The notes: generated from the sequence alone by a model not told the origin. A stretch of DNA of 64,000 bases from an uncultured bacterium (GCA_903824675.1 CAIJXV010000006.1:46695-110694), one strand, 5' to 3'; positions 40,945-51,825 are shown, counted from the stretch's first letter. Numbers and translations: made by a program.

Positions 40945-42354
40945 TCAGGAGAGCGCGGGCAAACTGGCGGCGGCGACGGCTTGTCCGACGCGGCGGCTTT
41001 TCTCGTCGGGGACATGGATCGTGACGCGGCTGGCGACATCCGGAAATTCTCGGGCGAGCACTTCCCTCGCCTTATTCAGGATGATTTCGCCGCCCTGACC
41101 GGAGGTGACCCGGCCGAGGATCAGCAGGTTTTCCAAATCGTAGAAGTCGGCATAATGGGGGATGGTATAGCCGAGATAGACGCCGATGGTATCGAAAATC
41201 TTTGCCGCCTGGGGATCACCTGCATCGCATCGTTTTTGCACGTCCTTCAGTCGTTCCGGCAGTTTCTGGTCGGACGGGAACGAAAACCCGGCGGCGGGCG
41301 CCAATTTATTGGTTGCCTGCTGGGAGAAATAGAGGGCGCCGACGCCGATATCGCCGGACCATTCGTCGGCAACGGTGGACGGGTTGAAATCGACCGGGGC
41401 GAAGGCCAGTTCATTGAGCCAGCCGAGGATGCGGCCCTGCCGGTCGAGATAGCCGCCTGCTTCGCTGGATCCCATGGCAACGCCCAACATGGCGTTTCGG
41501 CCCAGAGAAAGCGCACCGGCCAAGGCGGTGACATCGCCATCGTTCGCCACTTCAAAGGGGATCTTCCATTCAGCCTTGAGCCGGTGAAACAGCGTTTTCC
41601 CTTCGCGCTCGAACTTGTCCTGGGGAACGGCGCGGAAGAGGGATGCGACTTTGATTTCATTATTGATGATAATGCCGGCGGAACTGCCTCCGATGGCGTC
41701 CACCCGGGGCATATGCGTGGCGGCCAGTTTCAAGCCTTCGTTGAGTTTGGCATAATGGTAGGCCGGATCGGCCTCCACGGAGGGAGTCCAGGGCAATTCC
41801 GTGGTGAAAACTTCCTGGCCGTCGATCACCGCGGCGATTTTATAATCACTGGCGCCGAGATCGAACCCGATGCGGCATCCCTCCAAGTGGCCGCCAATGG
41901 AGATGACGGCTTCTTTCGTGGCGGGGAGCGACGCGGGATCGGAGCAGATTGTTTCGAAGGGAAGATCGAAGGACTTCCGCATTAGATCGGCATCGAAGGC
42001 ACGAGCCCCATGTGCCGAATAAAGCGCCCGGAGAGGATCGGCGAAGGCCCGGGGCCCGCCGAGATGCAGTCGAAATCCGCCGCGGGCATAGAGCAGGAAT
42101 TTGATGGAGCGTTCAAGATACCGGAGGGTGTCGGCATCACGAGCAGATCCCGGGGGCAAAATCTCCAAGGTCAGGCGCGTGACCAGACCATTATTGCGTT
42201 CGAGAGCGATGGGGAAGGGAATGCCCTTCCCGGAGGCCGCCACGGCGCGCCGGTAATTCCGGGTGGCCAGCGCGGCCGGGCGGTAGCCTGGATCGAGAAC
42301 GGCAGGCAGGGCGGGGGCAACATCGAGCAAAGAACAAGGTTGTGCTGTGGACAT
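40945..42354 (-). CDS. ROK / BadF-type sugar-kinase-like ATPase with N-terminal extension
   Basis: RIGFDLGASDYKIAAV and ANDGDVTALAGA resemble the ROK/ASKHA fold phosphate-binding motifs. 469 aa. Confidence 0.45.
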   Translation of the reverse strand: MSTAQPCSLLDVAPALPAVLDPGYRPAALATRNYRRAVAASGKGIPFPIALERNNGLVTRLTLEILPPGSARDADTLRYLERSIKFLLYARGGFRLHLGGPRAFADPLRALYSAHGARAFDADLMRKSFDLPFETICSDPASLPATKEAVISIGGHLEGCRIGFDLGASDYKIAAVIDGQEVFTTELPWTPSVEADPAYHYAKLNEGLKLAATHMPRVDAIGGSSAGIIINNEIKVASLFRAVPQDKFEREGKTLFHRLKAEWKIPFEVANDGDVTALAGALSLGRNAMLGVAMGSSEAGGYLDRQGRILGWLNELAFAPVDFNPSTVADEWSGDIGVGALYFSQQATNKLAPAAGFSFPSDQKLPERLKDVQKRCDAGDPQAAKIFDTIGVYLGYTIPHYADFYDLENLLILGRVTSGQGGEIILNKAREVLAREFPDVASRVTIHVPDEKSRRVGQAVAAASLPALS

Positions 42355-42402
42355 GGGATCGCTTCCTGCCGGGTTAAAGGTCGGGCCTATAAAAGGGACG
42401 GA

Positions 42403-43344
42403 TTACTTGGCCGGCTGAACCGCCATCCCTTTTTCGATTTTCTTGGCGCCTTCCTGAGGCTCGGCGTAAGAGATCTTTTCCTTGACCGAAGTGATTTTTA
42501 CGGTAGCCATCTTGGTCATGTCGCTGTCGAGCAATTCACCGGTGTCGGGGTCACGGACTTCTTCGGTTTGCCCGACATCCAACAGCAGTCCTTCCGAGAC
42601 GCCTTCACGGGATCCGCGATTGATGGTGACTTTGTCGCCCTTCACCGCGACAACACTGCCTTCCCAAGGGATGGACTCGAGTTGTTTGGTCAGGAATTCA
42701 ACGGCCTGATTGACGGCGTCGGAGGTTGCCTTGCCGACATTGTCCTTCATGAACCCGCCCATATCGCCGGTCAAGCCGCCGAGGGCCGAACCGCTATAGC
42801 CCAGGCGAAGCCCTTTGCGGCCAGCTTTGCCGACGACATTTTTCGAGGCCTTAACCTGGCCGGTGGTGGAATCAACGACATAGATCGTGACATTGATTTC
42901 CGCCGTATCCTTGTTGCCGCCAATGCTGATCCCTTTGAAGTTCAGGCCTCCGCCCCCGCCGGTGGTGCTGTCCTGCACATGGGTAATCGCTCCTTTGACG
43001 AGAAGCTGGGCGGGCGTCATCTGTCCGGTTTTAGGTGCTTTTTTGCCGCCAGCCATTCGCCCGGTGGTGGCGAGATCCTGCTCCGCCATGGCTTCCTGGC
43101 GCATATCGGCTTCACCGAGGACAACGAATTTGCCAGATTGCTGAAGCTGGTCTGTCAAGACGGTCCCCCACGCATCCCCGATGTCCCACTGGCCGCTCCA
43201 ACCGGCTTTGTTTTCGAATTTACTGACGGTAATGGTGTATCGCAGGTTGCCTTTGCCGGTTTCCTCATCGGCCTGGGCGGGGGGGAGGGATGCGGTTCCG
43301 ATACCGATCAGCAGGGCGGTCATCGCTAGGGCTTTGGCGTACAT
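42403..43344 (-). CDS. CsgG-family (curli secretion-like) outer-membrane lipoprotein
   Basis: Signal peptide MYAKALAMTALLIGIGTASL, ITVSKFENKAG and a Gly-rich central region fit CsgG-like proteins. Start at 43344 is internal to the track ORF. Confidence 0.6.
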   Translation of the reverse strand: MYAKALAMTALLIGIGTASLPPAQADEETGKGNLRYTITVSKFENKAGWSGQWDIGDAWGTVLTDQLQQSGKFVVLGEADMRQEAMAEQDLATTGRMAGGKKAPKTGQMTPAQLLVKGAITHVQDSTTGGGGGLNFKGISIGGNKDTAEINVTIYVVDSTTGQVKASKNVVGKAGRKGLRLGYSGSALGGLTGDMGGFMKDNVGKATSDAVNQAVEFLTKQLESIPWEGSVVAVKGDKVTINRGSREGVSEGLLLDVGQTEEVRDPDTGELLDSDMTKMATVKITSVKEKISYAEPQEGAKKIEKGMAVQPAK

Positions 43345-43557
43345 TGCGGCCTCCGGATTGTGAGTGTGGATCATTACCTCTGGTTTATTCAATACAACTC
43401 TCTAGTTATAGAAAAGATGGGGGGGCGGGTCAACGTTTTTTCAGTTGTTTCCGTGGAAGGAGACAGAACAAACAAGATCTTCATTGCCCATTTCGGATAA
43501 TATTATGATTGATGGTAATGGGGGAAAAGATTATTATGAGAACGAAAGGTTTTCTTT

Positions 43558-44349
43558 GTGAAAATAAGACCTATTTTAAAACGAAACCGCCGGGCCGGAA
43601 TGACGCTCGTTGAAGTGATGGTGGCGTCTTTTCTGCTCGCGCTTTTTATCGGGGGGGTTTACACCGGTTTAATCACCGGGATGCGGATGAATTATGCTAC
43701 CGCCCAACGATTGGCAGCCTTCGGGCTGTGTGCGGAGCGGCTCGAACAAATGCGCGGATGCGATTATTCGACCATTACGGTTAATAATTTCCCCACCGAA
43801 ACCAATAAGCTGACGCATCTCGGCGGAAGCCAACGCGTTCCCCTCAACTGCATCCGATCCAATATCATTGTTAGTCTGAGCAATCCCGCGCGCAAGGCGA
43901 TCGCCATCAAAGTCAATTGGGTCTATCGCGGCAAAGACTACAACGAATCGATCAATGGCACTATTTTCTTCAAGGAGGAATCCGCCTCTCCTGTGTTTCG
44001 GGGTGCCATTGACGGTTGGGTCAACATTAATCCCAATAACAGTTCAGACAATGAGTTTTCAGTCGAAACCCCGGGGGGTACCATCAATCGGGACGATCTT
44101 ACCCAGGATTCTGCAGGATATTACGGCCCGGCGACACTGGTCCATGTTAAACCCAAAGGGAATGGCAATCAGAACAATCTGACGATGAATGGGGAATTAT
44201 TCACGCTTTTCAATTCCAGCACCTACGATATTGCCGCGGATGACATGACGGTTTGGATCAAAAACGACAAGATCAACCCCCAAGGCAAGGCCATTGGCAA
44301 ATGGTGGATCTGGATTTCGTCCGGCGACGGAACATTAACCATCAATTGA
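43558..44349 (+). CDS. Prepilin-type N-terminal cleavage/methylation domain protein (pseudopilin)
   Basis: RRAG|MTLVEVMVASFLLALFI is a class III signal peptide (G/MTLVE motif with a hydrophobic helix). Confidence 0.6.
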   Translation: MKIRPILKRNRRAGMTLVEVMVASFLLALFIGGVYTGLITGMRMNYATAQRLAAFGLCAERLEQMRGCDYSTITVNNFPTETNKLTHLGGSQRVPLNCIRSNIIVSLSNPARKAIAIKVNWVYRGKDYNESINGTIFFKEESASPVFRGAIDGWVNINPNNSSDNEFSVETPGGTINRDDLTQDSAGYYGPATLVHVKPKGNGNQNNLTMNGELFTLFNSSTYDIAADDMTVWIKNDKINPQGKAIGKWWIWISSGDGTLTIN

Positions 44350-44356
44350 GGTTTCC

Positions 44357-44944
44357 ATGGTTGCTCCCCTTCGCAAATCCCGCTTCCGTCGGCGACCTTC
44401 CCGGGGATTCACCTTGGTGGAGGTTCTCCTCGCTGCGGCCCTTTCAACTTTTATCGTGGCGGCGGCGTTTGCGGTGTTTTTTACCGCGGCCCGCCTGACC
44501 CGGGCCGGCAGTTATCAAGTCCGGTTCACGGCGATGGCGCGCAAATCCATTCAACGCATCTCCCGCCATATCGAGCGGGGCAAGGCGGTGGGCGTTTCCA
44601 GTAATGGTCTCGATATTATTTTTATCAATTTGACCAGTGGGCGGTTTGTCTACCGGGACGAAGACAACAATCCCGCCACGGTTGCCGATAATAAATTGAT
44701 TTTTTATCCCAACATCACCCAGACCAATATCTCGGAAACCATTTGTACTCATGTCAGCCCCATTGGGGTCGAACCCATGTTTGCCGTGATCGCGGCCAGT
44801 CCCAATGCGGCCCGACTTAGTTTTCATGTCGGCGACGGTACGAATAAGGTGGACGCCGCGTTCTCGGGAACCGGTCAAGGGTATCAGGGTGTTGAAGTCC
44901 GCTTTAGTGCGACCCCCCGCAATTTGCAACGCTGGTATGACTAA
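44357..44944 (+). CDS. Prepilin-type N-terminal cleavage/methylation domain protein (pseudopilin)
   Basis: SRG|FTLVEVLLAAALSTFIV class III signal peptide. Confidence 0.6.
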   Translation: MVAPLRKSRFRRRPSRGFTLVEVLLAAALSTFIVAAAFAVFFTAARLTRAGSYQVRFTAMARKSIQRISRHIERGKAVGVSSNGLDIIFINLTSGRFVYRDEDNNPATVADNKLIFYPNITQTNISETICTHVSPIGVEPMFAVIAASPNAARLSFHVGDGTNKVDAAFSGTGQGYQGVEVRFSATPRNLQRWYD

Positions 44945-46805
44945 AATAGAGGATACAACCATGGGGCATCTCATCCCTGAAAAACGACAGTCCGGCAGCG
45001 TTATTGTCGGTGCGGTCATTTTTCTGCTCATCGGCTTTATGCTGGTTTCCAGTTATCTGGCCCTCTCGTCCAACGACACCCGCCTGACCCGCCTGGCCAT
45101 CGATAATCAAAAAGCACGGATCGTGGCTGAAGCGGGATTGGAATATGGGGTGCTCAAGCTACGCGATGCCGTCTTTCAATATCACTTGTCCCCTAATGTC
45201 AGCACCAGCGCCTTGCAGGTTACGCTTGATTCGATTCCCCCTCCCTCCAATATGCCGCCGTATATCTATGTCACCCCCGGCGGCGCCTCCGCCTTCCGCC
45301 TCAAGATCGAATCGGCGGCGATGGACGGCACGATCTCCAACGGGACGGCGTGTCGGGGATCCTATGGCAGTGTTCAGCTTTTTTCAGTCACCGTCGGGTG
45401 TCTCAATACAAACAATGGGAAAGGCGCGGTCCTCAAGCAAACCGTTCAGGCGGTCGGTCTCTGTCTGATCCGTTTCGGTGTATTTTACGACGAGGACCTG
45501 GAAATCGTCCCCGGTGCTAACATGAACTTTTCAGGTGCGGTCCATGCCAATGGGAACATCTACCTCGGGGGGCCATTGACGTTCTCGGACCGATTGACTG
45601 CGCATGGCAATATTTACCACAAGCGAAAAGATAAAAACAGCATTGAGGGTGAAGCCAAAGCGGAGAACGCCGACAATGTTCTGCAATCCTTCAAACTCTC
45701 CAATGGAACCTGGCTGGATTGCTATAATTCGGACTGGATGGTCCAATCTCTGACCCGGTGGGGTGGCACCGTCATGTCGGCCGCCCATGGGGTGCCCCGG
45801 CTGGCTCCCCCGATTAATCCCATCGATACGCCGCACGATATCATCGAACGGCCGCTCCTGACCAATAATCCCGCCTATAGCTCGATGACCGAAAATGAAA
45901 AATTTGCCAATAAGGCCGCATTGCGGCTCTATTTTTCCTCCACCGGCACGTTGACGGCAACCGATTATTTTACCAATAATGTCACGGCTGCCTTTTCAAA
46001 TGCGGTCATCAAGAAAAGTGGAACGACTTTTCTTAAAGACAATTATTCCAACTATATTATGAGTGTCACCGGGGTCTACGATGTCACTCAGACCGGATTC
46101 AAAGACGCCCGACAGGTCACCAATATGGCCCCGATCGATATTTATGTCGATCGTTTGATCAAAGCTTACCCTTCCCTGTATACCGGGTATACGGATAAAC
46201 AAGGTCGTGGAGTGATTTATATTACTCGGGATGATCCCGACGGAGTCTCAAATGGGGTCATGCCTTGTATCCGGCTTCGCAATGGACGCGAAATACCGGC
46301 GGCCTTAGGCGTGTCTATTGTTTCTGATCTGCCGGTTTACATCGAGGGGGATTACAATACCGTCACCACCAAAACATCCTTGGTGGCAGGCGATGCGGTT
46401 ACCTTCCTGTCCAAAAACTGGCAGGATAAAAATAGTTACGCAGCAGATACGGTCCGCACGGCCGTCGATACCACTTATAAAACCGTTGTGATGACCGGCA
46501 ATACCCTGACGACCGCAGGATCTTATAATGGCGGGTTGGAAAATGTGCTTCGACTTTTAGAAAACTGGACCGGAAAAACCGTTTACTATCGGGGCTCGAT
46601 CATTGATATCTGGCGCTCTGAAATAGCCAATGCTAAATGGCCCGATACGGGCACCAAAGGCGGGCTCTATCGATATAACCCGGGTACTCGGGATTGGGGC
46701 TATGACTCGTTATACCGAACCCAAAGTCCGCCGGGCATGACCTACGTATTTGGCATGGAAGAAATCGAATGGATCCGCACCACCTGGGCCGCTGCAGGCT
46801 GGTGA
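44936..46805 (+). CDS. Large PilX/minor-pilin-like protein with N-terminal TM helix
   Basis: N-terminal hydrophobic helix SGSVIVGAVIFLLIGFMLVSSYLA followed by ~600 aa of Thr/Asn/Gly-rich sequence, immediately after two pseudopilins. Confidence 0.4.
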
Positions 46806-47004
46806 CTTGAAAATAATCGAACCGACCGTATCGACCGTAAGGGTGCTTATTCATTTCAGAGAATTCTCCTCGCCTCCCTTTGGAAAGCAGTTTTTTGCTT
46901 GAGGCTGTCAATTAATCTGAGTGCGGGCTTGCAATCATTTCTGGAAAATGGCAGATAGGACGCCGCCGGCGAATGGTGCGTCAAAACGACAAAGGTGAGT
47001 CGCC

Positions 47005-47904
47005 ATGATACTTGATGGACACATTCATATTTTGAACGGGACAGATGACCGCTCTGTTTTCAGGAGCAAACTCCGCTCGACAGGAATTGACGGCGGCATC
47101 GTGATGTCCCTGCCCCCTCCGAGTTTCCCCCAGTTGGCCGAGCGGACCCCCGCCTCGATTCGGTTGTCTGGTGTACTGGACTGGTGCCGGGGGGATGCGA
47201 ACCTCTATCCTTTTTTCTGGATCGATCCACTGGAACCCACGGCCATGCGCCAAGTGACGGCTGCGGTTCGATCCGGCATCCGGGGGTTCAAGGTGATTTC
47301 CGACCGGTTCGATCCAGGCGATCCGCGGGCGATGAAAATCTTTCGGGCGATTGCCGCAACCGGGCGACCGATCCTTTTTCATTCTGGAATCTTATGGGAT
47401 GGGAAGCCTTCTTCAACTCATACCCGTCCCTTGAATTTCGAAGCCTTGATGGATGTGGATGGCCTGCGTTTCGCCCTGGCTCATATCGGGTGGCCTTGGT
47501 GCGAAGAACTGATCGCGGTTTACGGGAAGCTGTTAAATGCCCATTCGCTGCGGCGCGATCAGGCGGCCGAGATGTTCATCGATCTCACCCCCGGCACTCC
47601 CCCCATCCGCCGCGAAGAGGCGTTGACCTTGCTCTTCAAAATTGGATATGACGTGGCGTCCAATGTTTTTTTCGGCGCCGATTGCCGGGCGGGGGATTAT
47701 CAGGGTCAGTGGGTGCAGGATTGGATCCGGCGTGATAACCGGATTTATCGGAAGTTGGGTTTAAAAGCTGAAATACTCCAATCTATTTATTCCGATAATC
47801 TGTTGCGATTCATTCGAGGGGGAGCTACCACTCCCCGCCAGTTGCCCCGGCCGGATGCCGGGTCGGGGGTGCCGCAGAAGCGCCGGGGGGCCGTTTCGCG
47901 GTGA
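47005..47904 (+). CDS. Amidohydrolase-family (TIM-barrel metal-dependent hydrolase) protein
   Basis: MILDGHIHI (HxH metal ligands) and a later HSG motif. 299 aa. Confidence 0.6.
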   Translation: MILDGHIHILNGTDDRSVFRSKLRSTGIDGGIVMSLPPPSFPQLAERTPASIRLSGVLDWCRGDANLYPFFWIDPLEPTAMRQVTAAVRSGIRGFKVISDRFDPGDPRAMKIFRAIAATGRPILFHSGILWDGKPSSTHTRPLNFEALMDVDGLRFALAHIGWPWCEELIAVYGKLLNAHSLRRDQAAEMFIDLTPGTPPIRREEALTLLFKIGYDVASNVFFGADCRAGDYQGQWVQDWIRRDNRIYRKLGLKAEILQSIYSDNLLRFIRGGATTPRQLPRPDAGSGVPQKRRGAVSR

Positions 47905-47988
47905 TTTGAGTTTTTGAGAGAGGAAAGGGTGGGGCGGCCTTGGCCTCACACTCAGGATGTTAAGATTGATAATCGAAGGAGAATTCAG

Positions 47989-49263
47989 ATGACGAAGAGC
48001 GGAAAACCAAGCTGGATGAAGGGCAAGCCGATTCGGGTGGGCGTGATTGGCGTCGGGCGGGGGCAGAGTTTTACCCGGGGTGCGACGGATTTGGTGGGGA
48101 TGAAATTGGTGGCCATTTGTGACACCTGGAAGGAACGCCTCGCTCCGGTGGGCAAGCAATATAATGTGTCCACCTATACCGATTACGATAAATTTCTCGA
48201 ACATGATATGGATGCGGTGGTGTTGGCCAATTATTTCCATGAACACGCGACGTTTGCCATCAAGGCTCTGAAAGCCGGCAAGCACGTGATGAGTGAATGC
48301 TCCTGTAATTCCACGCTGGCCGAAGGGGTGGAACTGTGCCGGACGGTTGAAAAAACCGGCTTGACCTATATGCTGGCGGAGAATTATCCCTATACCGCCT
48401 TTAATATGGAAATGCGGCGGGTGTATCGCACAGGGGAAATCGGCGAGGCCACTTATGCGGATGGCGAGTATAATCACCCCATGAGTCCGGATAGCCGGAT
48501 GTCCATTGCGCCGGGAGTCAATCATTGGCGAAATTGGCTGCCCTCCACTTATTATTGCACGCATGCCCTGGCCCCCTTGATGTACATCACCGACACCATG
48601 CCCACCAAGGTCAACGGACTGTCGATCCTCTCACCCGGGATTGAGGATCAAACCGCGCGGCGGGCTGATCCCGGCTCGGTCATTCTGTGCCGGATGGATA
48701 ACGGTGCCGTGTTCCGGTTGTTCGGGCTGATCCTGCCGGGGCACAGCAATTGGTATCGCATCCATGGGAGCAAAGGCGCCATGGAACTCACCCGGGGCCT
48801 GGGCTATTTCGGCAACGGCCAAGTGCGGATCTGGCATGAGGAATGGGATATCAAGCCGGGAACTCCGCTGGAGCGGACCTATCTTCCCGACTGGCCGGAA
48901 TATGGCGAACTGGCCCGCCAGGCCGGTCATGGGGGCGGCGATTTCTGGACTAACTTTGAGTTTTCACGTGCGATCAAGACCGGCCGGCCGCCCTTTCTGG
49001 ATGTCTACCGCGGGGTGGCGATGTCGTCTGTCGGGATATTGGCCTGGAAGAGTGCCCTGGAAGAGGGTCGGCCCTTCGATATGCCTGACTTCCGCAAGGA
49101 ATCCAGTCGCAAAAACGTCGATCAGGACCGCTGGTCTCCCTGGCCGAAGGATGCGGCGGCGGGCCAGCCCCCGCCGAGTCTTCGCGGTAATGTCGCTCCT
49201 TCTGCCGCCGGGATGGCCGCCGCGAAAAAAGTTTGGAAAAAAATCGGATATCGGGGTAAATGA
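47989..49263 (+). CDS. Gfo/Idh/MocA-family NAD(P)-dependent oxidoreductase
   Basis: IRVGVIGVGRGQS Rossmann N-terminus and the EHAT...KAGKHVMSE motif. GAAGGA SD upstream of the ATG at 47989. Confidence 0.8.
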   Translation: MTKSGKPSWMKGKPIRVGVIGVGRGQSFTRGATDLVGMKLVAICDTWKERLAPVGKQYNVSTYTDYDKFLEHDMDAVVLANYFHEHATFAIKALKAGKHVMSECSCNSTLAEGVELCRTVEKTGLTYMLAENYPYTAFNMEMRRVYRTGEIGEATYADGEYNHPMSPDSRMSIAPGVNHWRNWLPSTYYCTHALAPLMYITDTMPTKVNGLSILSPGIEDQTARRADPGSVILCRMDNGAVFRLFGLILPGHSNWYRIHGSKGAMELTRGLGYFGNGQVRIWHEEWDIKPGTPLERTYLPDWPEYGELARQAGHGGGDFWTNFEFSRAIKTGRPPFLDVYRGVAMSSVGILAWKSALEEGRPFDMPDFRKESSRKNVDQDRWSPWPKDAAAGQPPPSLRGNVAPSAAGMAAAKKVWKKIGYRGK

Positions 49264-50336
49264 AAGTGACGCATCGAGAGCGAATTTTGACGGCCTATCG
49301 CCGGCGGACGCCCGACCGGCTTCCGTGGAGCCTCGGAATGACGCCGCCGGTTCTCGAGATGTTTCGGAAACAAACCGGGGCATCGGACCCCGCCCGATAT
49401 TATGACTTCGATGCGGTCTGGTTGGGAGTGAATGCGGCATCGCGCCCGACGGATTGGTCGCCCTATTATGCCGATCGGTCCTTCGAAGGACCGGTGAATT
49501 TCGAATCCGATTGGGGTTTTGCGATGGTGCAGAAAGAGCCCGGGAGCCATTTCCGCCATTATGAAAGCCCTTTTGATTCAAAGGATTTCACGCCCGATGA
49601 CGCCCGCCGTTATCCCCTGCCGGATTTCCGCGATCGGGCGCGCTATGCAGGGCTGGCCGATGCGAATCGGAAAATTCAGGCCCAGGGATATGCGACTCAA
49701 TATGTCATTGGATTTTCGACCTTTGATTTCTCCTGGTTGATCCGCGGGTTTGAGCCGTTTTTGGCCGACCTGGCAACGGAAGAGGAATCCGCCCGTATCC
49801 TGATGGATCGGGTATCTGACACGGTGGCCGATGTGCTGGAAAATGTGGCGGCCTGCGGGGCGGACATCGTGGGATGCGGCGAGGATGTCGGCATGCAAAA
49901 CGCCTTGATCATGGGGCCTGACATCTGGCGGCGCGAGATTAAGCCGCGATTCCGAAAGATCATCTCCCGGGCCAAACGGGCCAAACCGGACGTGCTCTTT
50001 TTTTATCACAGCGACGGCAACATCGCAGAGATTATTCCGGATCTGATCGAGATCGGGGTGGATATCTTGAATCCGATTCAGCCGGAATGTATGGATGCGG
50101 CGGCGGTCAAAGCGCAGTATGGCGATCGATTGTCGTTTAATGGAGCGATCGGGACCCAGACGGTGATGCCGCGGGGCACGCCGGACGACGTTCGGGCGGC
50201 GGTGCAGGCGGCCTTTGAGACGATGGGGCGGGGGGGCGGCTATTGTTGTGCTCCCAGCCACACGTTGGAACCCGAAGTGCCATGGGAGAATATTGTGGCC
50301 TTTGTCGAAGCCTGTCAGGCCTGCATTTATAGATGA
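49260..50336 (+). CDS. Uroporphyrinogen decarboxylase (URO-D) family protein
   Basis: N-terminus MKVTHRERILTAYRRRTPDRLPW and overall URO-D-like layout. ATGA overlap with the upstream gene. Confidence 0.6.
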   Translation: MKVTHRERILTAYRRRTPDRLPWSLGMTPPVLEMFRKQTGASDPARYYDFDAVWLGVNAASRPTDWSPYYADRSFEGPVNFESDWGFAMVQKEPGSHFRHYESPFDSKDFTPDDARRYPLPDFRDRARYAGLADANRKIQAQGYATQYVIGFSTFDFSWLIRGFEPFLADLATEEESARILMDRVSDTVADVLENVAACGADIVGCGEDVGMQNALIMGPDIWRREIKPRFRKIISRAKRAKPDVLFFYHSDGNIAEIIPDLIEIGVDILNPIQPECMDAAAVKAQYGDRLSFNGAIGTQTVMPRGTPDDVRAAVQAAFETMGRGGGYCCAPSHTLEPEVPWENIVAFVEACQACIYR

Positions 50337-50538
50337 TCGGGCTGACTTTCGCGCCATCCCACGGAATCGGTTTACGGGTTCACCACCTTGTCAGAAAAAG
50401 AACGTCGGACGGCCTGTTCTGGACCCTGTGTTGCGGCAGTTGAATTGCGCTCCCATTGACTCCCATCGATCCATCAAGAAAAACCTTGCGCGTTTGCGGC
50501 GACTTCATTAGAATGCGCGCTCTTTTTGGTCAAGGAAT

Positions 50539-50613
50539 GCGCCCATCGTCTATCGGTCAGGACACTAGGTTTTCATCCTAGTAAGCCGGGTTCGACTCCC
50601 GGTGGGCGCGCCA
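50539..50613 (+). tRNA. tRNA-Glu (anticodon UUC)
   Basis: Cloverleaf: 7-bp acceptor stem GCGCCCA/TGGGCGC, D-arm GTCTATCGGTCAGGACA, anticodon stem CTAGG/CCTAG with loop TTTTCAT (anticodon TTC), T-arm CCGGGTTCGACTCCCGG, and a 3' CCA. Confidence 0.85.
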
Positions 50614-50659
50614 GTTCGGATTTGGGGTTTCTACATCTGTTTTGGGATGGAGGTATCGC

Positions 50660-51277
50660 ATGGCAAAGGTAATTAAAAATAAAAAAACCGGCAAGGTAGC
50701 CAAACCCGCGGCCCGCGTCGCGCCAAAGTCCGCTCCCAAGGCGGTCCGAAAGCCGATTTCTCGCAAAGCTGTGCCCGCACCCAAGACGTCCAAAACCGTC
50801 CGTCCGATTTCAGTTCAGAACAAACCCGCTCCGGTCGAAGATGTCAAAAGCATCTATTCGGCTGCGGAACTCGGAGTTTTCCAGACACCGTTGATCAAAT
50901 TACGCGATCAAATCAATCGCCGTATTCATACCATGGCCAATGATTCCCTGAAAAATGTCGACGATACGCCGTCTGAAGATCGGACCGATGATTTTGACCG
51001 GGAATTTGCCCTTAACCTGGTCAGTTCCGAGCATGATGTCCTTTTCGAGATCGACGATGCTTTGCGCCGGATTCATTTGAAGTCCTATGGGAAATGCGAC
51101 GGATGCAGCAAGCGGATCGAGAAGATTCGTCTGCGCGCCTTGCCGTTTGCCCGTATGTGCGTGAAATGCCAGTCGGAATCGGAACGCGGCCGTTCCCGTT
51201 TCCGGCCTTTTGGCGAGACCCTGTCACAGGGAGTCGAGTCCGCGACCGAGCCGGCTGAGGTTGAAGAAACTGAGTAA
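50660..51277 (+). CDS. DksA/TraR-family C4 zinc-finger protein with Lys/Ala/Pro-rich histone-like N-terminal tail
   Basis: C-terminal CDGCSKRIEKIRLRALPFARMCVKCQ (CxxC-17-CxxC). The N-terminus is KKTGKVAKPAARVAPKSAPKAVRKP. GGAGG SD upstream of 50660. Confidence 0.7.
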   Translation: MAKVIKNKKTGKVAKPAARVAPKSAPKAVRKPISRKAVPAPKTSKTVRPISVQNKPAPVEDVKSIYSAAELGVFQTPLIKLRDQINRRIHTMANDSLKNVDDTPSEDRTDDFDREFALNLVSSEHDVLFEIDDALRRIHLKSYGKCDGCSKRIEKIRLRALPFARMCVKCQSESERGRSRFRPFGETLSQGVESATEPAEVEETE

Positions 51278-51319
51278 GGGGTGGCCCTGTCGCAATCCGG
51301 GCTGACGGGGAGGGTGATC

Positions 51320-51820
51320 ATGATGTGGGCGCTGGTGCTGTCGATTGTCGTATTGGACCAGATCACCAAATCATTGGTTATCTTAAGCTTTGCGCTCAAT
51401 GAGAGCCGTCCGGTTATCCCCGGTTTATTTCATTTTACCTATGTCCGCAATACCGGCGCGGCCTGGGGCATGTTCGGCGGATTTAATGCCTGGTTGGCGT
51501 TTTTTTCGGCGGTGGTTCTCTGCGTTTTGATCCTTTTTCGCCGCTCGCTCCTGGGTAACGGTCCACTTGCCCGTTGGTCGTTTGCCTTGTTAGTGGGTGG
51601 AATTTTAGGAAACTGCCTGGATCGTGTTCGGTGGTTTTACGTGGTCGATTTTCTCGATTTTTTCTGGAAAGAGTCGCATTTCCCCGCATTCAATATCGCC
51701 GATTCGGCCATTTTTTGCGGAGTTTGTCTGTTGTTTTTCTCCTCCTGGTCCCAATCGCACCAATGGCAACGCGATTCAGACCCGATGAAGGTTGAACCCT
51801 CGCCTCCGTCGGCCGGGTAA
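51320..51820 (+). CDS. lspA: Lipoprotein signal peptidase (signal peptidase II)
   Basis: LDQITK, NTGAAWG and FNIADSAI motifs, with 4 TM helices. Confidence 0.8.
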   Translation: MMWALVLSIVVLDQITKSLVILSFALNESRPVIPGLFHFTYVRNTGAAWGMFGGFNAWLAFFSAVVLCVLILFRRSLLGNGPLARWSFALLVGGILGNCLDRVRWFYVVDFLDFFWKESHFPAFNIADSAIFCGVCLLFFSSWSQSHQWQRDSDPMKVEPSPPSAG

Positions 51821-51825
51821 TCGCA

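Noticed and set aside
50539-50613. tRNA-Glu as attachment site for the accessory island
   Set aside because: The tRNA lies about 20 kb downstream of the island, separated by conserved metabolic and pilin genes. No integrase or direct repeat of the tRNA 3' end is seen near 15.6 kb or 30.8 kb.
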